Positions 1 through 9,740 of a DNA stretch of 64,000 bases are shown here, in pieces. This DNA comes from Minisyncoccota bacterium (GTDB lineage Bacteria > Verrucomicrobiota > Verrucomicrobiia > Limisphaerales > UBA8199). Location: contig DAOTCE010000016.1 of assembly GCA_035452965.1 (NCBI GenBank), positions 3,630 to 67,629 of the forward strand, read 5' to 3'. The notes beneath the pieces were generated by a model. That model worked only from the letters and a program-made list of their open reading frames with translations, ran no database searches and had not been told where the DNA came from. The translations under genes and the position numbers were made by a program. Each line of letters opens with the position of its first letter. Position 1 is the stretch's first letter.

Positions 1-1080
1 AGGCAGCACGCCGGAAAAGGGTGAGTCGGCCGGAGCCTCGCGGCGGGCACGCAATGCCCAGTCGGCGGCACGGCGCATCTGCGGGTAGGCCTTCGCGAGC
101 CAACCGCGGTCCGCAGTGATCTGGTAGAACTGCCAGAGGGTCCACAGCGCCTGGCCATTGGCGTCGAGTTGGGCTTTCTGCGTTTCAAACCGGCCATCGG
201 GGCGTTGAGCGCGCAAATAAGCAGCGGCGGTCTTGCGGGCAGCGTCGAAGAGTCCGGCCTCTTCGAGTTCAAGCATCTGGTAAGCGCCATCGCGAAGGTA
301 GAACTCATCATAGAAGCCCTCCCCGCCATGGAGCACGCCCAGATCGCTGGCAAGCAGTTGGCAGACATGCGCCGCGCGGAGGGCTTGGGTGGACTTCTCA
401 CATGGCACTTCGATCCGCGTGGCTTTGGCCATCAGGTATCGCCAGTAATGCACCGTGCGGTCCAACCAAAGCTTGGGTTTCTCGTGGTCGAATGCCGCAG
501 CCCCGGAGACCGCCCTAAAAGGAACGCGACAACAGGTCTCCGCGCTGCGGCCCGGCGCCAGTGACGCCCGCCAGTCGGCCGGTGCGGGAGCGTTGGTGGC
601 GACCAACTCGAACCGCACGCGCGCCTCGATCAAGGTTTGGCCCAGGTTGGTTGCCTTGACGCGGACCCAGTTCAGGAAATTCTCGCCTTCGGTGGGCCAA
701 TCGTAGGCGGCGCGCCAGTCCTTCACGCTCGGGAGCGGCGTCGCCCAAAGAGTAAACTCATAGCGCACGGTGTCTTCTTCGGCAGCCAGCAGCACGATCG
801 GGAGCCAGCCATCGAGCAGCGTCTTGGTTTGCGCGCGGCTGAGGGGCCTCAGGCTCCTTCCGCACAAGAGGCGCAGCCTGTCCTTGTCCGCGAGCAGCAA
901 CTCATTCTGGGGCGTGACGCGCGTGCCGTCCTTGTAGTCCTTAAGCCCAATGACGCTCCACGAGTTCTGGAAGTAGTCGAACGGTTCCTCCTCCGCCAGG
1001 GCAGCCATGTCCGCGCCGGCGAGTTGCGCGACAATCAGGAAAAGCCAGTGAAAACGGAAAGCAGGTTGTGCGAGTTTCAT
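1..1080 (-). CDS. secreted six-hairpin (alpha/alpha)6 glycoside-hydrolase-like protein, truncated by the window edge (N-terminal 360 codons present)
   Basis: Absent from the ORF track because there is no stop inside the window. My hand translation of the minus strand from ATG 1080..1078 stays open to base 1. It begins MKLAQPAFRFHWLFLIVAQLAGA (signal-like), followed by FYDEFYLRDGAY, DANGQALWTLWQFY and ITADRGWLAKAY, a pattern typical of glucoamylase/trehalase-like toroid folds. Confidence 0.5.
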   Translation of the reverse strand, partial: MKLAQPAFRFHWLFLIVAQLAGADMAALAEEEPFDYFQNSWSVIGLKDYKDGTRVTPQNELLLADKDRLRLLCGRSLRPLSRAQTKTLLDGWLPIVLLAAEEDTVRYEFTLWATPLPSVKDWRAAYDWPTEGENFLNWVRVKATNLGQTLIEARVRFELVATNAPAPADWRASLAPGRSAETCCRVPFRAVSGAAAFDHEKPKLWLDRTVHYWRYLMAKATRIEVPCEKSTQALRAAHVCQLLASDLGVLHGGEGFYDEFYLRDGAYQMLELEEAGLFDAARKTAAAYLRAQRPDGRFETQKAQLDANGQALWTLWQFYQITADRGWLAKAYPQMRRAADWALRARREAPADSPFSGVLP

Positions 1081-1208
1081 AATCAGATCCGGCCGCTACG
1101 CCGCAGTTCCCGCGCGAACCGGCGCTCCAAGTACCGGTGCGCGGTTGACTCAGCGGCGGCATTTTGCAACGCTCCTGCCGCCTTGCACAACAACGAAAAC
1201 TCCTAGTC

Positions 1209-2054
1209 GTGGAAATCAAAAAAGCCATCATCACCGCCGCTGGCCAGGCTCAGCGGACACTTCCCCTGCAAACGCTCGTAGGCCGCGACGGCGTCACCAA
1301 AACCGCGCTACGGATCCTGATTGAGGAGATCCTCGCCGCGGGCATCGAGGAGATCTGCGTCGTCACCTGCCCGGGAGACCAGGCACCCTACGCCGCCGCG
1401 GCGGGCGGCCAGGGGGGGCGGCTGCGCTTTGTCGAACAGAGCGCGGCCAAAGGCTACGGCCATGCGGTGTTCTGCGCGCACGAGTTTGCCGGCAGCGCAC
1501 CCTGCCTGCTCCTGGTGGGCGATCACCTCTATGTCACCGGCGGCAAGAAACGCGCCGCGCAGCAACTCGTGGAGATTGCGGCCACCGAGAACTGCTCCGT
1601 GTCCGCCGTGCAGGCGACCCACGAAAGCAAGCTGCCGTACTACGGGACAGTGGGCGGGCGGCTGGTCGCGGGGCGCAAGGGGCTGTACGAGGTGTCGGAG
1701 GTGATCGAGAAGCCCACGCCCACCGAAGCCGAGCAGCGGCTGATCGTCGCCGGCCTGCGCGCCGGCCACTACCTGTGCTTTTTCGGCATGCATGTCCTGA
1801 CACCGACAGTGATGGACCTGCTCGCGGAGGAAGTGGCACGGGCAGGCGGGCGCGGCGTGCAACTCACCACCGCCCTGGCCAAGCTCGCCAGGCGGGAACG
1901 CTATCTGGCCTGTGAACTGGAGGGGCATCGCTACGATATCGGCGTCAAGTATGGCCTCCTCACAGCCCAGTTGGCGCTGGCGCTGGACGGGCAGGACCGC
2001 AATGAGGTGTTGAGCAGCCTGGTGGAATTGCTGGCGCGACGGGGAATGAACTAA
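1209..2054 (+). CDS. GalU-family sugar-1-phosphate nucleotidyltransferase (UTP--glucose-1-phosphate uridylyltransferase-like, divergent)
   Basis: ORF 1164..2054. An in-frame GTG at 1209 gives [22 protein letters not shown], a degenerate version of the GalU loop KAVxPxAGxGTRxLPxTK. Further motifs are VGDHLY and VIEKP (the GalU VEKP motif). The start (1164 or 1209) is uncertain. Confidence 0.6.
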   Translation: MEIKKAIITAAGQAQRTLPLQTLVGRDGVTKTALRILIEEILAAGIEEICVVTCPGDQAPYAAAAGGQGGRLRFVEQSAAKGYGHAVFCAHEFAGSAPCLLLVGDHLYVTGGKKRAAQQLVEIAATENCSVSAVQATHESKLPYYGTVGGRLVAGRKGLYEVSEVIEKPTPTEAEQRLIVAGLRAGHYLCFFGMHVLTPTVMDLLAEEVARAGGRGVQLTTALAKLARRERYLACELEGHRYDIGVKYGLLTAQLALALDGQDRNEVLSSLVELLARRGMN

Positions 2055-2055
2055 C

Positions 2056-5000
2056 ATGCCGGACCTGATTCAAATCATCACGGCCAGTGAGCCGGCGCTC
2101 CGCAATCAACCGCTCGACGCGGCCTGCGCCGGGCTGGCCACGGACGACCTGCTGAAGGAGTGCGCCAGGCTGGACGATTTTCGTCGGTCCAGCGAAAACC
2201 TCTACGAGCGCGTTCGCGCCCTGTTCTTCCTCTACGCCATCCACCGTTTCCACTTGCCCCAGAAACTCGAAGCCGCCGCACGTTGTGCGCGCCAAAGCTC
2301 ACGCTCCCTCATTCCTTTCAAAGGCTACGAACACCTGTTGCAGCGCCGGTTTGAGGAGGCAATTGATCACCTCCTGTCCGTGCAGCAGGCCGAAGGGCCA
2401 AGCGACGCCATCTCGAGCGCGCTGGCCGCGGCCTACCACCGGCTGGGTTTTCAAACGCTAGCCGACCAGGTCCGCCGCAGCGTGCGTTCGGTGCGCGGCA
2501 ACCAGTGGATGTTCCGCATGGGGCACCCAGCCGACCATCCGCTGCGCTTGCGGCCGGAACTGCTCCGGCCCAATCCGGCCGACGGCACTTATCCCATCCT
2601 GCGCGAATGCACCCCCGTGCGCATGGACCTGACTCACTGCGGCTGGAGCGATATCTTCTTCCTGGGGATGGATTTCCCCGAGGGCGCCAAGGTGTTGAAC
2701 GTCTCGATTGACCTGGGGATACACGGACGCGATGCCGCCCCGCGCCCGCCAGTCGAGGCTTACTTGCGCGTCATCGAGGAGCCGTTGCTCCGCCTGGTGA
2801 GCGTTGACCTTGGCGCGACGGCGGACATCACGAACCTGGCTGAGGTGTTCGATTTTGCGAAGGACTATCTCGGCCTGCTCAAAGGGGCGGTGATCGCGGC
2901 AGGCATCGTGCCACCCGGCATCGAGGGCTCTGGCCAGAGCCTGGCCGAATTGCTGGCGCGGGTCGTCGGCCAGGGCCGCGGCCTGGAAATCGTCAGCAAC
3001 GTGAATAATATTCCCAAGGGCTCGCGCCTGGCAGTCTCGACGACGCTGTTGGCCGCGCTGGTCAGCGTGTGCATGAGAGCCACGGGCCAGGCGGCCTCGC
3101 TTACCGGCCAGCTGCAGGAGCACGAACGCCGCCTGGTGCTGGCGCGGGCGTTGCTCGGCGAATGGCTCAGCGGCTCCGGCGGCGGCTGGCAGGATTCGGG
3201 CGGCGTTTGGCCGGGGATGAAGCTGATTGAAGGCGTGCTGGCTGGCGAAGGCGATCCGGAGTTCGGCGTCAGCCGTGGCCGGCTCATGCCGCAACACCGT
3301 ATCCTCGACCAGGAGGATGCTTCAGCCGAAACACGGCGCAGGCTGCAGGAGAGCCTCGTCCTGGTCCACGGCGGCATGGCACAGAATGTCGGGCCAATCC
3401 TGGAAATGGTCACCGAGAAGTACCTGCTGCGCTGTGAAGCGGAATGGAAGGCGCGCCAGAGCATGTTGGGCATACTTAACGAGATCCTCGCCGCCCTTCG
3501 CAGCGGTGATGTGCCCCGCATCGGGGCCGCGACCACCCGGAATTTCCGCCAGCCCATCCAGGCCATTATCCCATGGGCGACGAACTACTTTACCGAGACG
3601 CTGATTGCGCGGGTAGTGGCGGAATTTGGCGAGGGCTTCTGGGGCTTCTGGATGCTGGGCGGCATGTCTGGCGGCGGGATGGGCTTCATCTTCTCGCCCG
3701 AGCGGAAAGCGCGCGCCCAGGAGCGCTTGCAGGAGATTATGTCCGCCACCAAACGCGAGCTCCAGCATGCCCTGCCGTTCGCCATGGAACCTGTGGTCTA
3801 TGACTTTGCCATTAACGAGCGCGGCACGTTCGCCGACCTGCTCGAAGGCGAAGCCGCGCTGATGCCGCCGGCGTATTACACCCTCCTCGCCCCCGCGCTG
3901 CTGCGCCAGGATCGCCACTCGCTTTCGGTGGCCCGGCGCGCCGAATTGGATAAGTTTGGCGCGGCCTGCCGAAACCGGCCCGAGTTGCGCGGGGTAGTGC
4001 AGGCACTCTTCGATGTCATGCTGCCGCGCGGCAAGGCGGAAACGGCAGCCGACCAGTCTCTTGCCATGTTGCTGGACCAGCACGGCTTTGACCGCGTTCA
4101 GCATGAGCAAATCCGCGCCGATCTCAAAGAAGGCCGCATTGGCCTCGCCCAGAACCGCCTGCCCACCAGCGCGGTCATTGAGGACGTGCAGGAAAACGAT
4201 GTCGCCGACCTTTCGAATCTCGATGCAGGGACCGCGGACCTGGCATCGGTTGGACGCGCTGCGTTAAGGAATGGCGAATTGGCGGTGGTGACGCTTGCCG
4301 CCGGCGCTGGCAGCCGCTGGACCCAGGGCGCCGGGGTGGTAAAGGCCCTGCACCCGTTCTGCAAGTTGGCGGGGCGCCATCGCACATTCATCGAAACGCA
4401 CCTGGCCAAAAGCCGGCACATATCGCGCCAGGTCGGCATGGCTATCCCGCATGTCTTCACCACGAGTTACCTGACTCATGCGCCAACGGAGGAGTTCCTC
4501 GCCCGGCAGGATCGTTATGGTTACGAGGGACCATTGTTTCTGTCGCCCGGCAAATCCGTGGGGCTGCGAATGGTCCCTACCGTCCGGGATCTGCGGTTTG
4601 TCTGGGAGGAAATGCCGCAACAGATCCTGGATGAGCAGCAGCAGAAAGTGCGGGAGAGCCTGCGACACGCCCTCATCAACTGGGCCAGTGCCGCGGGTGA
4701 AGCCAGCGACTATACGGACAACCTGCCCCTGCAATGCCTGCACCCGGTCGGGCACTGGTACGAAGTGCCAAACCTCATGCGCAACGGAGTTCTGACCCGT
4801 TTGCTGGCGGAGCGCCCGTCACTGAAGTATTTGCTCCTGCATAACATAGACACGCTCGGAGCGGATGCAGATCCCGCCCTCCTGGGCTGGCACATCCGCA
4901 GCGGGGCCTGCCTCACCTTCGAGGTGATAACCCGCCGCCTCGAAGACCGTGGCGGCGGATTAGCGCGCGTGAACGGCCAGGTGCGCCTCGTCGAGGGGCT

Positions 5001-5406
5001 TGCCATGCCGCGCGAAGAGGCCGAGTTCGCCCTTAGCTACTACAACTCGAATACGTGCTGGATTCACCTCGACAAGCTGCTCGCCGCCTTTGCTCTCGCC
5101 CGGGCTGACCTGGCCGACGCGGATAAGGTCACCAGCGCCATCCGCACCCTCGGGGCAAAGATGCCGACTTACATCACGCTTAAGGACGTGAAGAAGCGCT
5201 GGGGGCATGGACAGGAAGATGTCTTTCCCGTGACCCAGTTCGAGAAACTGTGGGTGGACATGACCTCCCTGCCGGAAGTGGAGTCGCGCTTTGCGGTTGT
5301 CCCCCGCCTGCGGGGCCAGCAACTCAAAGACCAGGCCCAACTCGATGGGTGGCTGCGCGACGGCTCGGCGGCCTATGTCGAAAGCCTGTGCGAGTATCAG
5401 GATTGA
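2056..5406 (+). CDS. 1116-aa multidomain protein: unknown N-terminal region + fucokinase-like GHMP-kinase fold + UDPGP-family (UDP-sugar pyrophosphorylase type) C-terminal domain
   Basis: The ATG lies 1 nt after the stop of the upstream gene. GHMP-like motifs: [10 protein letters not shown] (nt 3013-3042), GGGWQD (nt 3178-3195) and [10 protein letters not shown] (nt 3658-3687). UDPGP-like motifs: LAAGAGSRW (nt 4294-4320) and [15 protein letters not shown]. Confidence 0.6.
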   Translation: MPDLIQIITASEPALRNQPLDAACAGLATDDLLKECARLDDFRRSSENLYERVRALFFLYAIHRFHLPQKLEAAARCARQSSRSLIPFKGYEHLLQRRFEEAIDHLLSVQQAEGPSDAISSALAAAYHRLGFQTLADQVRRSVRSVRGNQWMFRMGHPADHPLRLRPELLRPNPADGTYPILRECTPVRMDLTHCGWSDIFFLGMDFPEGAKVLNVSIDLGIHGRDAAPRPPVEAYLRVIEEPLLRLVSVDLGATADITNLAEVFDFAKDYLGLLKGAVIAAGIVPPGIEGSGQSLAELLARVVGQGRGLEIVSNVNNIPKGSRLAVSTTLLAALVSVCMRATGQAASLTGQLQEHERRLVLARALLGEWLSGSGGGWQDSGGVWPGMKLIEGVLAGEGDPEFGVSRGRLMPQHRILDQEDASAETRRRLQESLVLVHGGMAQNVGPILEMVTEKYLLRCEAEWKARQSMLGILNEILAALRSGDVPRIGAATTRNFRQPIQAIIPWATNYFTETLIARVVAEFGEGFWGFWMLGGMSGGGMGFIFSPERKARAQERLQEIMSATKRELQHALPFAMEPVVYDFAINERGTFADLLEGEAALMPPAYYTLLAPALLRQDRHSLSVARRAELDKFGAACRNRPELRGVVQALFDVMLPRGKAETAADQSLAMLLDQHGFDRVQHEQIRADLKEGRIGLAQNRLPTSAVIEDVQENDVADLSNLDAGTADLASVGRAALRNGELAVVTLAAGAGSRWTQGAGVVKALHPFCKLAGRHRTFIETHLAKSRHISRQVGMAIPHVFTTSYLTHAPTEEFLARQDRYGYEGPLFLSPGKSVGLRMVPTVRDLRFVWEEMPQQILDEQQQKVRESLRHALINWASAAGEASDYTDNLPLQCLHPVGHWYEVPNLMRNGVLTRLLAERPSLKYLLLHNIDTLGADADPALLGWHIRSGACLTFEVITRRLEDRGGGLARVNGQVRLVEGLAMPREEAEFALSYYNSNTCWIHLDKLLAAFALARADLADADKVTSAIRTLGAKMPTYITLKDVKKRWGHGQEDVFPVTQFEKLWVDMTSLPEVESRFAVVPRLRGQQLKDQAQLDGWLRDGSAAYVESLCEYQD

Positions 5407-5422
5407 GGCTGCCCCGGGCGGG

Positions 5423-6682
5423 CTATTTAACCGCGCCCTTCGCGTCCGCAAGCCGCCATTCCGAGTCCTGCCGCAGGTAAACCGTCTGCGTCGGAAAGGC
5501 AAAGTTGATTCCCTCCGCATCGAAGCGCCGTTTCAGTTCCAGGTTCAACTGCTGGAAGCCCTCTGCGTATTCTCTGGCGTCAGTCGAGTTCCACCAATGC
5601 ACAACGAGGATGTTCAGGGAAGAACTCTCGAACTTGTTAAAGCTAACCATCAAGTCAGCGGTCTTCGGGTGCGGCCGGTAAATCTCGTTGATAATTCGCA
5701 TCGCCAGCTCCACCCGCTCGGCCGGAGTGTCGCAAGTTACGCCAATATTCATCACGGTCTTGATATTAGGCCGCTTGCTGACGTTCACGATCGTGGCGTT
5801 CGCCATGGTCTTGTTCGGGATCGTCACCAGATACCCGTCCAGGTTCCGCACCCGGGTGCTGCGCAGGCCGATAACTTCGACCGTGCCATCCACGGCATCA
5901 AGTTGAATACGGTCCCCGACCCGGAAGGGCTTGTCCGCGAAGATCATCACCGCGCCGAACAAATTGGACAGCGTGTCCTGCGCGGCCAGGCCGACCGCCA
6001 GCCCCCCGATCGACAATGAAGCCAACAGGCCGGTAATATTCATGCCCAGGTTTTGGGACGTCACCAGCACCGCCACCACCAGGACAAATATCTTCAGGCT
6101 CTTCCGAATGATGGGAAACAGTTGGTGGTCCACCATTCCTTCGTGGGTCGCCTCTGTGCGCTGCTGCCAAAAACCGACCAGGACATCAACAAACTTGACC
6201 GCGACATAAGTCAGCGAGCACGCCACAACGATCTTCAGACCGTTGGAGATAAACTGGGCGGCCCATTGCGGCCAGGCGAAAAGCCGCAACCCCACGTAGA
6301 GGAATATCACGAAGGCGATTACCTTTACCGGCCCACTGAGCAATTCCAGGATAAGATCGTCCAGCTTGGTCTCCGACTTGGCCGCCCATTTCTTCAACCG
6401 CCCCTGGATTAACCTGTCCAGGAGCTTCGACACATAGAACGCCAGCAGCACATATATCAGGAAAGCCAGGTACTGCCACAGAGGATTGCCCATCACCTTG
6501 AGCTTCAAGCCCGGCAAAAGGTCTAATCCGAAGGTGAGCCACACTTTAGGTCCTCCCGCTCCTGTTGCTGGAGCCGCGCCTTCCGCCTCCAGCGCGGCAG
6601 CGCATAGCGGCATCGCCGTCAGGGACACGACCACAGCCCCCAGCCACGCTGCCTTTCCGATCCAATACTTCAATAACTTCAT
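5423..6682 (-). CDS. MscS-family mechanosensitive ion channel
   Basis: ORF 5423..6763. I prefer the internal ATG at 6682 (MKLLKYWIGKAAWLGAVVVSLTAMPLCAAA). Several TM helices are followed by the MscS beta-domain signature FADKPFRVGDRIQLDAVDGTVEVIGLRSTRVRNLDGYLVTIPN. Confidence 0.8.
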   Translation of the reverse strand: MKLLKYWIGKAAWLGAVVVSLTAMPLCAAALEAEGAAPATGAGGPKVWLTFGLDLLPGLKLKVMGNPLWQYLAFLIYVLLAFYVSKLLDRLIQGRLKKWAAKSETKLDDLILELLSGPVKVIAFVIFLYVGLRLFAWPQWAAQFISNGLKIVVACSLTYVAVKFVDVLVGFWQQRTEATHEGMVDHQLFPIIRKSLKIFVLVVAVLVTSQNLGMNITGLLASLSIGGLAVGLAAQDTLSNLFGAVMIFADKPFRVGDRIQLDAVDGTVEVIGLRSTRVRNLDGYLVTIPNKTMANATIVNVSKRPNIKTVMNIGVTCDTPAERVELAMRIINEIYRPHPKTADLMVSFNKFESSSLNILVVHWWNSTDAREYAEGFQQLNLELKRRFDAEGINFAFPTQTVYLRQDSEWRLADAKGAVK

Positions 6683-6832
6683 TCCCCAATTGATAAGACC
6701 CGTTCGAACCAAAGCCAAGCGCGGAAACTCAGCCACGTCCGGATCGGAAGAGCCGAGTCTCAATGCGGCTCAGGTTTGCGGGCGCGCCGAGCGCGAACTA
6801 CCGCCGGCCGGGCTTGAATTTTCCCGCCTTTT

Positions 6833-8074
6833 GTGTGTTCTTTGCGGGTGCTCAGGACGATTCGCAAGGCCGAGTATGCGGAGTTGGTGACGCTGTTCTT
6901 CCTCCAGGGAGCCTCGCTGGGCATGTGGGTGGTGCCGCTGAGCACGGTGCTCGATGCCCACGGGCTGCACGCCATCAAACCGTTTGCGTTCGCCACCACG
7001 GCCCTGGCCGCGTTCGTTTCGCCGCTGATCTTCGGCGCCATGGCGGATCGGCGGGCTTCGCCCGTGATTGTCCTCCGTGGTCTGGCACTGGCCACGGCGG
7101 CGGCGATGGCGCTGGCCTGCACAGCGATTAAGCTGGGCTGGAGTCCCTGGCTCGTGCTCTCGCTGATCCAACTCCACGCGCTTTGTTCGTCGCCGACGTT
7201 CAGCATTTCCTCGACGATCGTCTTTGCGCGCCTGGTGGACACGCAGAGGGAGTTTGGCCCTATCCGCGCCATGGCTACGCTGGGCTGGATGAGCGGCTGC
7301 TGGCTGGTCAGCGCCTTGGGCGCGGACACGTCTCCGCTGGCCGGTTATAGCGGCGCAGTGCTGTGGGTGCTGGTCGCCGGGTTCACCTTCTTCCTGCCCG
7401 CGTTGGCTGTACCCCCGGCAACCGCGCACCTGACGTGGTACGAGCGGCTGGGACTGGACGCGCTCACGCTCCTGAAGAATCGCGACCACCGCGTCGTCTT
7501 CATCACCTCGGCGCTGGTCTGCATTCCGCTGGCGGCCTTTTATCCGTATGCGCCGCCGCACTTGCGCCAACTCGGCCTGGTGCACACGACCGCGTGGATG
7601 ACCCTTGGCCAGATTACCGAGGTCATCGCCATGTTCGGCCTCGGCGCGCTGCTGCTGCGGTGGCGGGTGAAATGGATCCTGGCTGCCGGCCTGGCGTTTG
7701 GCGTGTTGCGATTTGCCTTAAGCGCAATGGACGGTAAGACGTGGGTCCTTGCCGGCGTGGCGCTGCACGGGGCGTCCTACACGTTGGTCACAACCACGGC
7801 ACAGATCTATCTCGACCAGCGTGTCCCCGCCACTTGGCGCGCGCGGGCGCAGGCGCTGCTATCGCTGATGAACAACGGCTTCGGCAACCTGCTGGGCTAC
7901 CTGGGCACCGGTTGGTGGTTCAACGTCTGCACGCAATCGTCCACCACGCAATGGACGTTGTTTTGGGGCGGCCTCACCGCAGCCGTCGGGCTCGTGATGG
8001 TCTACTTCCTCACCGCCTACCACGGATTAGGCTCGGGCCTCCTGCGCGCCAGTCGGGACCGGCCGCCGGCCTGA
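6833..8074 (+). CDS. MFS transporter (12-TM, MFS_1_like / nucleoside:H+ symporter-like)
   Basis: 413-aa ORF with a GTG start. It is almost entirely hydrophobic segments with no soluble domain. It is divergent from the MscS gene. The start is uncertain. Confidence 0.65.
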   Translation: MCSLRVLRTIRKAEYAELVTLFFLQGASLGMWVVPLSTVLDAHGLHAIKPFAFATTALAAFVSPLIFGAMADRRASPVIVLRGLALATAAAMALACTAIKLGWSPWLVLSLIQLHALCSSPTFSISSTIVFARLVDTQREFGPIRAMATLGWMSGCWLVSALGADTSPLAGYSGAVLWVLVAGFTFFLPALAVPPATAHLTWYERLGLDALTLLKNRDHRVVFITSALVCIPLAAFYPYAPPHLRQLGLVHTTAWMTLGQITEVIAMFGLGALLLRWRVKWILAAGLAFGVLRFALSAMDGKTWVLAGVALHGASYTLVTTTAQIYLDQRVPATWRARAQALLSLMNNGFGNLLGYLGTGWWFNVCTQSSTTQWTLFWGGLTAAVGLVMVYFLTAYHGLGSGLLRASRDRPPA

Positions 8075-8096
8075 GTATGCCCCCCCCGGACACGCC

Positions 8097-9620
8097 TTAC
8101 TTCTGAATCTTCCGCAAATCGAAGCCCGGCGGCCGCTCGTACGCCGGCACGACAGCGGCGAAAGAATCCAAGCCGAGATAGTAGCCAGTAGATTGGTCTG
8201 ACTTGCCTCTGCACTCCAGGCGCAAGACATGCGTGCCGGCGCCGAGCTTGTGCACACCCCAGTGGTCCGATTGCCGCCGGGTCTCCGCGCTGTAAAGGTC
8301 CACCACGGCTAGTTCTTTGCCGTCGAGGGTGACGCGGTAGATGCCGTAGTCATGGGAGTGGATGAACTTGCCCCACAGATGCGCCGTGAAGTCCTTGCTC
8401 AGTTCAAACGCACATTCCACCCAGCCCTTGTCATCCTTCGGGGTGAAGAACAGTTGCTTGCCCTCCTTTGAGATGCCCGGCAAATCCTGCACCTGGATCG
8501 GGTGATCTGAGTGCCTGGCGGTTGGCACCGCCTTCCAGCCCGTGAGCAACTGCATCGTTTGCTCGGCCAACCGCTCCGGCCCGGGCGGCAGCGCAGGCCA
8601 AGGCTTGTGCGGCTCGGTCTGGTACCAGAACGCCACTGAGGACATCAGGTCATCGCGCTCAATAAACCCGCTCCCTTTGCCATCTGGGAACTCCTGTGAG
8701 CCTTTGTGTTCGATCTCCACGCGCAGTGATTTTCTAAAGGGCACCGGGTCGGGAAGATGAAAGCGGTAAACCGAGCCGCGGTTGCCGGGTGCGTACCCCT
8801 CCCAAAGCGGCACGCCGTAGTAAGGTCCGTCATGCGGGCGGAAACCCCAGCCATCGCAGAAGTAGTCCTCCGTACCCGTCCCGCGCAGGCGCGGCTCGAC
8901 CTCCCCATCAATGAAAAAGAAATCGTCGCCCTCGCCGTACCAGCCGGAAGACACGTTCTGAACGCTCTGCACGGTGCCCACGTAGTGGCCGCGGCCCTCG
9001 ATGTCAGCCAGCAGGTAGTTGCGGCCCATCACGCAGGGGTGCTCCTGGCGGTACATGGCATGGAAGTAAACGGTGTTCTTCGGCAGCGACTTATACTGCT
9101 GCCAGTCGAGGTAGTAGTAGAAAGCGTCGCAGCGCTTATCGCTTTCGTTGGTAACGGTAATGCGCGCCGATTTGCGGAAGGGCATGGGCCAATAGCAGTT
9201 TCGCCCGCGGCCGTCCGAGGAGACCTTGATCGGCAGCGAAACGAAAGACTTGTCCAACCCGTGGCCGATGCCGAAGAAGTCCCCGATGGGACACTCGACG
9301 CTGGGGTTCTTCTCTCCATCCCAGTAGATGCGCAGCGTCAGCAGCCGCGAATAGAACGGCGCCTGGTGGGCGATGGTGTTCCAGAAGTGCGCGATCATGC
9401 CGGGGCCCCTGAGGTCCGCCAGCACGAGCGTGCCACCGGGCTCGATCGGGCGCGCGTCCGCGTTCCCGTTGCGCCAATCCTTGTCGCACGACGATGCGCG
9501 CATGGACTCGAAATTCTTGAGTTGCTCGAGCCCTGCCAGCGAATTGCCAGGTGATAGTTGAGCCGTTGCCTGTGCGCAGAAAGCCAGCGCGAGTCCCAAA
9601 CCTAAAATGCGTGTGTTCAT
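8097..9620 (-). CDS. secreted DUF2961 / glycoside hydrolase family 172-like protein
   Basis: ORF 8097..10037. ATG at 9620 gives the signal peptide MNTRILGLGLALAFCAQATA. The DUF2961 hallmarks YWPMPF and GTGTEDYF are present. Confidence 0.75.
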   Translation of the reverse strand: MNTRILGLGLALAFCAQATAQLSPGNSLAGLEQLKNFESMRASSCDKDWRNGNADARPIEPGGTLVLADLRGPGMIAHFWNTIAHQAPFYSRLLTLRIYWDGEKNPSVECPIGDFFGIGHGLDKSFVSLPIKVSSDGRGRNCYWPMPFRKSARITVTNESDKRCDAFYYYLDWQQYKSLPKNTVYFHAMYRQEHPCVMGRNYLLADIEGRGHYVGTVQSVQNVSSGWYGEGDDFFFIDGEVEPRLRGTGTEDYFCDGWGFRPHDGPYYGVPLWEGYAPGNRGSVYRFHLPDPVPFRKSLRVEIEHKGSQEFPDGKGSGFIERDDLMSSVAFWYQTEPHKPWPALPPGPERLAEQTMQLLTGWKAVPTARHSDHPIQVQDLPGISKEGKQLFFTPKDDKGWVECAFELSKDFTAHLWGKFIHSHDYGIYRVTLDGKELAVVDLYSAETRRQSDHWGVHKLGAGTHVLRLECRGKSDQSTGYYLGLDSFAAVVPAYERPPGFDLRKIQK

Positions 9621-9740
9621 TGTAATGTCGTGGTTAGAGTCCGATTGCGTTCGGGCGCCCATATACCCGGTTCCGCAAACCAAAGCGAGCGGAATTATCT
9701 CGTCAATTTGCACGCGGTCGCTAGGCTGCATGGCAGCCTT

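Noticed and set aside
5406-5423. Possible bidirectional terminator in the 16-nt gap between the convergent 1116-aa gene and the MscS gene
   Set aside because: Only a short GCCCCGGGC quasi-palindrome fits in the gap, which is too small to support a call.
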